Of a stretch of DNA of 40,779 bases, positions 34,375-40,779 are shown in pieces. Under the pieces are notes generated by a model. The model was not told the DNA's origin. It ran no database searches and saw nothing but the letters and a program-made list of their open reading frames with translations. The stretch is from Octopus sinensis (taxonomy: Eukaryota). Position numbers and translations under genes: made by a program. Within the stretch, counting starts at the first letter, position 1; each line of letters opens with the position of its first letter. The DNA lies in contig NW_021835352.1 of the NCBI RefSeq assembly GCF_006345805.1, positions 1 through 40,779 on the forward strand, written 5' to 3'.

Positions 34375-35436
34375 CATGGAAAAATATGAGCAAAAGATAT
34401 ATTCTTAAGGTTATATATCTGGAAAAGTTCAGGACAAGTCATTACATCTGCTAAAGTACAGAAAAGAAATTTTTTTCTTAAATTATTGCAGCTAAGGATA
34501 AAATTTGAATGATAAAAATTATTTGATTTTAATTTACAAAATAACCTTATAATTGAAAAAGGTACCATCGTTTTGTTCAAACATTGACATCGTAGAATAC
34601 TTAAAACACGAAGCCAGAAGTACCAATATAACTAAAGTCAACACTAAAAATGTTAAGACGTGGCAATAACTTAGGTAACAACTAAATCAAATTTTACTGT
34701 GAATTTGTTGTTATAGGCTGATTTTACTGTAATATATAACTAATTTTTGTATTATTCTATTTATTGTACTAACTACTAATGTACTACTATTATTTTTATA
34801 ACCAACTAGCAGTATCGCCCGGCGTTGCTCGGGTTTGTAAGGGAAATAACTATATAAGCATTTTAAGAGAGTTACTTCCCTTATATAATAGCAAAAAATG
34901 CATTAAAAATGGTGGTAATTTTTTTTTAAATCGTAGACTCATCGTAGACGCGCGCTAATACCCAGACGGGCTCGATATGAATCACGACTATAAGATACCC
35001 GCTTTTGGTTAAACTGCACCGCAAAATGTGAGAGTAGTTAGGAATCTAAATCGTAGGTGACAGACACACAACTTCACTTTTATATATAAAGATTTTTAAA
35101 CTTCTAATTATTAATTCATAATTTAAAAAGTAAATATTTTAAAGTAACAAAAATATTTTAATTGAGTTATCTTTTATTTTTAACAAATGTAATAAATAGA
35201 AGTAATAACTTGCAATAGAATTTTTAGTTTTAATAAAAGCTAATATTTTCTAAATCTAAATATTTTATTTGAAATTTTATCCTTCGCTACGAAATGTTTG
35301 AGTAAAAAAGTTTTGCTCTGTACTTTACTATATGTAATAACTTGTCCTGAACATTTTCAAGTGTAATGACTTGTCCTGTACTTTTCCAGATTTATAATCT
35401 TAAGAACATTATTTCTTTTGCTCGCATTTTTCCATG
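34375..35436. mobile_element. Non-autonomous DNA transposon with ~72-bp imperfect TIRs, probable TA target duplication
   Basis: 34375-34446 catggaaaaat..gagcaaaag...tctggaaaagttcaggacaagtcattaca matches the reverse complement of 35362-35436; ta flanks both ends; extra subterminal repeat at 35334-35358. Confidence 0.8.
34806..35092 (-). mobile_element. Non-autonomous Helitron (287 bp)
   Basis: Minus strand a|TC...CTAG|t with a GC hairpin CCCGAGCAACGCCGGG 8 nt before the CTAG; inserted between A and T with no TSD. Confidence 0.88.
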
Positions 35437-35652
35437 TAATATATATAAACATATAATATATATGCATGTATTCATCTATATATATACATACAAGCATTAT
35501 ATATATATATTATATATATAATATATATATATATATTATAATATATATATATATAAGTATGTATATATATATTATATATATCCACATACATACATACGTG
35601 CATACATACATGCATGTATATATGTATGTATATATTTATATATGTATATATA

Positions 35653-35685
<33 letters not shown>

Positions 35686-35825
35686 ATATATATATATATA
35701 AATAATAAATATTAGGGAATATATCCAAATTACAGGGAAAAAAAATCAGATTTAGGATTAAATCCAAATGTATTGATTAAGTCTTTCCTTGTTTGTTTTG
35801 CAAAATAGTGGTTTTGTCTCAAATA

Positions 35826-35904
<79 letters not shown>

Positions 35905-36044
35905 CATATTCATATATATATACATGTATATACTGTTTCATGCCAATATGATAAGCCACTTGACACCGGAGTCTAGGACTATGAGTCACTCTGGAAGGAA
36001 TTTCAGCAAATAAAACGTCTATCCATCTATTTATGAAGGTTGAG

Positions 36045-36080
<36 letters not shown>

Positions 36081-36103
36081 CTACACCCACACCTACACAC
36101 ACA

Positions 36104-36837
36104 CAGGGTGCAGTGAATAAACTGTCATCTAAATTACGCACAAGTGAAAATACCACTGACATCTCATTTTAACATATATTTACCAAAATTATATAAAAAT
36201 ATCTTGAAATACTAAAAAGTAAATTTATTCAATAAAATTGCTATTGGCTTCAATCACGGCCTCCGACGACTTCGGAATCTCCTGCAACTCTTCTGGATGA
36301 TCTCCTTGGCTGTCATAATCCTTGCCTTCAGGATTTTTTTTTGTCTCTCGCTCAACTGTGCCCCACACATAATAATGAAGCGGGTTCAAATCTGGGGAGT
36401 TAAGTGGTCAGCTGTTAGAGGTGATGTGGTGGCAAAAATTGTCTGACAGGCAAGACTGCGTTCTCCTGCTTGTGTGGCATGACGCAGAGTACTGTTGCCA
36501 GACATAAGGTCTTCCAGTAGCCACTCTCTTGACCCAGGGCAGCACTACCTCCCCTAGGCACTCGATGTAGGTCTCTGTGTTGAGTCTGAGGCCATTTAGG
36601 AAGATGAATGGAGGCATAACGTCACTATCACTAGTGATCACTCCAAACGTCATGATGTTGACTGGATGTTTGATTTTTATCACTCTCGGTATAGACACCC
36701 AAACACTCTGAAATGTTCGTATTGGAGCCTCCGGCGCGACAGCCAAGCAGTATTGCATGTTCTTTCCAAATTTCTGGCAGAGTGAATTGTGTCATGGTCC
36801 TGTTTTTCTCACAGACGGTGCCCAAATGACCCCTCTA
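36104..36837 (-). pseudogene. Internally deleted Tc1/mariner-superfamily transposon, maT/DD37D-like
   Basis: MTQFTLPEIWKEHAILLG (HTH start) jumps to IMTFGVITSD...WQQ(Y)SASCH...*PLNSPDLNPL(H)YYVWG; 37 residues between the two positions expected to be Asp, both mutated. Confidence 0.8.
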
Positions 36838-37003
36838 TACTGTGTAGCCGACAAAATTAAAAACAAATAATGCACATGCACGAAATAAAATATATATATG
36901 GCAACAATTTACCCATCGCTCTATATGTGTGTACGTATGTGTGTATATATATTACCATAACATACATACATACATATATGTATGTATGTATATATATATA
37001 TGT

Positions 37004-37084
<81 letters not shown>

Positions 37085-37956
37085 GTATATGTATATCAAC
37101 GCAATCCCCATCAACACCAAACCCAATGAAACCATACAATTACCATGCCACACACTTCTTAATAACCAGCCAGAAAATCAACAATAGTATGAATAAAATA
37201 TGCAAATAAACAAAAGCAATGACATGAGAAAATTGTCGTACCCTGGAGTAATCTAAAATTTGAATGAAATGTCTTTGATGTTGGTCAATGTGGATTGATT
37301 AAGACTAAACAGAAAAGACAATGTAATTATCAACAACAATAATATTTACCGCCACCACTATCAAACACGCCTACTATAACCAGCAACAAAACCAATACAT
37401 CCACGACCACCACCACAAACAACCCACCAGCTTTTGAATAGCAATCTGTCAACAGTAATAATAATATCAGCGTGATAGCAATACGCTGTCAGTTAACGTA
37501 ATATAAAATTTACGTAAGTTCACAATGAGCCCAGTTCTTGTATTGAGCTGTAAAACGAGATGATGCGTCATAAACATCAAATAAGTACGGGCAGCTCTTT
37601 CATCGCTCATCTGATTTTAATGTTCAAGAACTACAAGATGGAAGATAGTTATTCTCATCCTTCTTGTAACTCTCATTCTTCCACCACGCCTCACAGAAAA
37701 GTCCACAATGCTTTTTTTTGGCAAGATCTTGGCCTATTACGATATCACGATCTTTATTTATTCCCTCTCTTTTTTACTTGTTTCAGTCATTTGACTGTGG
37801 CCATGCTGGAGCACCGATATCTACACATACAATCGTGACACAGCTATATCTCATAGAACCTTAGCTATTTAAATGCGCCAAACTATTAGTGCTAGCCATT
37901 GTGACTACCATAATACTGAGTAATCATGAATGTCTGTTGAATAGTGGCATAAGAAA

Positions 37957-38018
<62 letters not shown>

Positions 38019-38088
38019 ATATGTGTGTGTGTGTATGTATGTATGTATGTATGTATGTATGATGTATGTATGTATGTCGTATATATAT

Positions 38089-38146
<58 letters not shown>

Positions 38147-38321
38147 AATTAGTAATAAAAGTTCTATTTGCTGTCGGTTATACATAGTTCCAATAACAAT
38201 AAGAGAATTGTGTTTTATTGTTATAAAACATACCCTAAGGAAAAGTTGTTCACCATTTACAGAAATGTACAGTTTTAGACATGGAAACACAACGCATACA
38301 TACACAGTATTACGTACCAAC

Positions 38322-38396
<75 letters not shown>

Positions 38397-38404
38397 AATA
38401 ATTC

Positions 38405-38830
38405 AGATAGGTGCCGGAGTGGTCAGTGTGGTAAGTATTTTGCTTACCAGCCACGTGCTTCCATGTTCAGTCCCACTGCGTGGCACTTTGGGCAAGTGCC
38501 TTCTACTATAGCCTCGGGCCGATCAAAGCCTTGTGAGGGGATTTGGTAGACGGAAACTGAAAGAATCCCGTCGTGTATATATATATGCGTGTGTGTGTAT
38601 GTGTATGTATATGTATGTGTATTTATGTTTGTTTTCTGTGTTTCCCCACCCCCTTCCCAACATCGCTTGACAACCGATGGTGGCGTGTCTACGTCCCCGT
38701 AGCTTAGTGGTCCGGCGAAATATAGATCGTTAGAATAAGTGCAAAGGATAGTCGATTTGCTCGACTAAAAGGTGATGCTACAGCATGGCCGCAGTCAAAT
38801 GACTGAAGCAACTAAAAGAAGGAAAGAATA
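38405..38830 (+). mobile_element. SINE family S2
   Basis: Head, ttgggcaagtgcctt CORE-like segment, internal (TA/TG)n and tail catggccgcagtcaaatgactgaa. Confidence 0.9.
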
Positions 38831-38934
38831 GATGATGTACTGAATGAAAAAACAAAAATGTCAGTGAATCGCCCTATGCCATTTAATTGGAGCAAGACGA
38901 CTAATTAAAACCAAACAGTAATTTTGAAGGGTTT

Positions 38935-39290
38935 TCTTGTTTTGTTTCAGTCATTAAAATGCGGCCACGTTGAAAGAGTCCACATGAAAGATTTTAGTCG
39001 AATAAATCGACCCCAGTAGACCTTTTTTGTCTTCTGAATCTTGTACCTACGCAGCTGGTAATTTTTGCCAAATATCCAAGTTGTATGGATGTAAAACAAA
39101 ACGACGCTACACAAAATACACACACACACACAAAAACAAACAACCGGCTTGCGGAGAATTACCGTCTGCGAAAGTCACAAGGAATTGGCCGGTTACGGAC
39201 TACAGTAGGTAACATACAACGTACTTCACAACGAAATTGACCCCGTTATCACGTGGCTGCAAAACGAACTTCTTAACCACGGAGCCAGTT
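38935..39290 (-). mobile_element. Decayed SINE S2
   Basis: Degenerate head gtggttaagaagttcg at ~39270 and tail at ~38950. Confidence 0.6.
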
Positions 39291-39452
39291 CAGAGCGGTT
39301 AAATGGAAAGCAGGGGAAAAACAAACTATCAAATATAAGCCAATAAATAGATAGAAAAAAAAGTGTTAAATTAACCTTCAATACTTTTCAGTCTCTCACT
39401 CCGAGCTCTCTCACTTTCTCTGTCTCCCTTTTCAATAATATATAATATATAT

Positions 39453-39488
<36 letters not shown>

Positions 39489-39745
39489 CACACGCACACA
39501 TGTATACACTCAGGAGTAAGCAGATAAATGCTAAACTAGGTGGAAACAATAGCACCCAATTACCGAAGGAAGACTAATAGGCAATTATTAAAAGTGTAAG
39601 AATCTTGAAAAGGCGTTACCATTCGTCGGACAACTGTTCGACGAAGGTAACGTGAGTCTCTAAGTAACTGTTGTGAAGAGTTTTGCAGGGTTATAATACA
39701 CACCACCTATATATATCACCGTGATTAATATATATATAGGTGTGG

Positions 39746-39783
<38 letters not shown>

Positions 39784-39827
39784 ATACACCTATAATATAT
39801 ATAATATATATATATATATATATTATA

Positions 39828-40007
39828 TCGGCGCAGGAGTGGCTGGGTGGTAAGAAGTTTCCTTCCCAACCACAAGGTTCCAGATTTAATCCCACTGTGT
39901 GGCACATTGGGGAAGTGTCTTCTACAATAGTCTCGGGCCGACTAGACCTTGGAAGTGGATTTGTTAGATGGAAACTGAAAAAGAAAGAAGTCCGTCGTAA
40001 TATATAT

Positions 40008-40040
<33 letters not shown>

Positions 40041-40063
40041 CTATATATTATATATATATGTAT

Positions 40064-40098
<35 letters not shown>

Positions 40099-40735
40099 GT
40101 ATGTATGATTCATATATGTATGTATGTATGTATCGTGGCATTCCGTCGGTTACGACGACGAGGGTTCAAGTTGATCCGATCAACGGAACAGCCTGCTCCT
40201 GAAATTAACGTTTAAGTGGCTGAGCCAACTCCACAGTCACGTGTACTATTAATGTAGTTCTTGGGGAGATTCAGCGTGACACAGTATGTGCCAAGGCTGG
40301 TCCTTTGAAATACATATACAGCAGAAACAAAAAGTGTGAAAAAGTTGCAGTGAAAAAGTACAGCAAGGTTCGCCAACACCCCCTGCCGGAGTTGAGCTTT
40401 AGGTATTTTCGCTCAATAAACACTCACAACGCCCGGTCTGGGAATCGATCCCACGAGTGCGAGTCTGCTGCCCTAACCACTGGGCCATTACACCTCCACA
40501 TATATGCTTACCTTTATGTGTGTTTTTGTGTCTGTGTTTGTCCCTCCTACTATATCTTGGCAACCGATGTTGGTGTGTTTACGTTCCCGTAACTTAGAGG
40601 TCCGGCAGAAGTGACCGATAGAATAAGCGTCAGGCTTACAAAGAATAAGTCTAGTGGTTGATTTCTTCGACAAAGTACCGGTGCTGCAGCATGGCTACAG
40701 TCAAATGACTGAAACAAGTAAAAGAGTAAAAGAAT
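39828..40735 (+). mobile_element. SINE S2 split by a nested SINE in its internal microsatellite
   Basis: Head half 39828-40000, tail half 40520-40735. Confidence 0.85.
40135..40500 (-). mobile_element. S3-group SINE nested inside S2
   Basis: Minus-strand tRNA-like head aatggcccagtggttagggcagcagac...tcgattcccagacc. Confidence 0.75.
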
Positions 40736-40779
40736 ATACATACATATACATACATACATACACATATATATGTATCGAT

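Overview
Repeat-dominated, AT-rich eukaryotic DNA, very likely intronic or intergenic. The SINE families and dense microsatellites match what I recall of Octopus genomes; this species call is an inference. No host gene can be identified with confidence: almost every ORF in the track is a microsatellite read-through or a decayed transposon. Recognisable content: three tRNA-headed SINE families, four R4/Dong-like (restriction-like endonuclease) LINE fragments, an L1/Tx1-like 3' fragment, mariner (DD34D-type) and maT-like (DD37D) relics, a non-autonomous Helitron nested in a TIR element, and a piggyBac-like MITE. The main signal is a set of type I hammerhead ribozyme (HHR) motifs. A ~590-bp unit repeated ~2.6 times (7178-8705) has a complete canonical HHR across each junction and would release a 589-nt monomer, like a retrozyme or Penelope pseudo-LTR array. 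Several other microsatellite-associated non-coding elements carry HHR-like folds with variant cores (U6, C4, U3-A8). All folds were paired by eye, and no activity has been shown.
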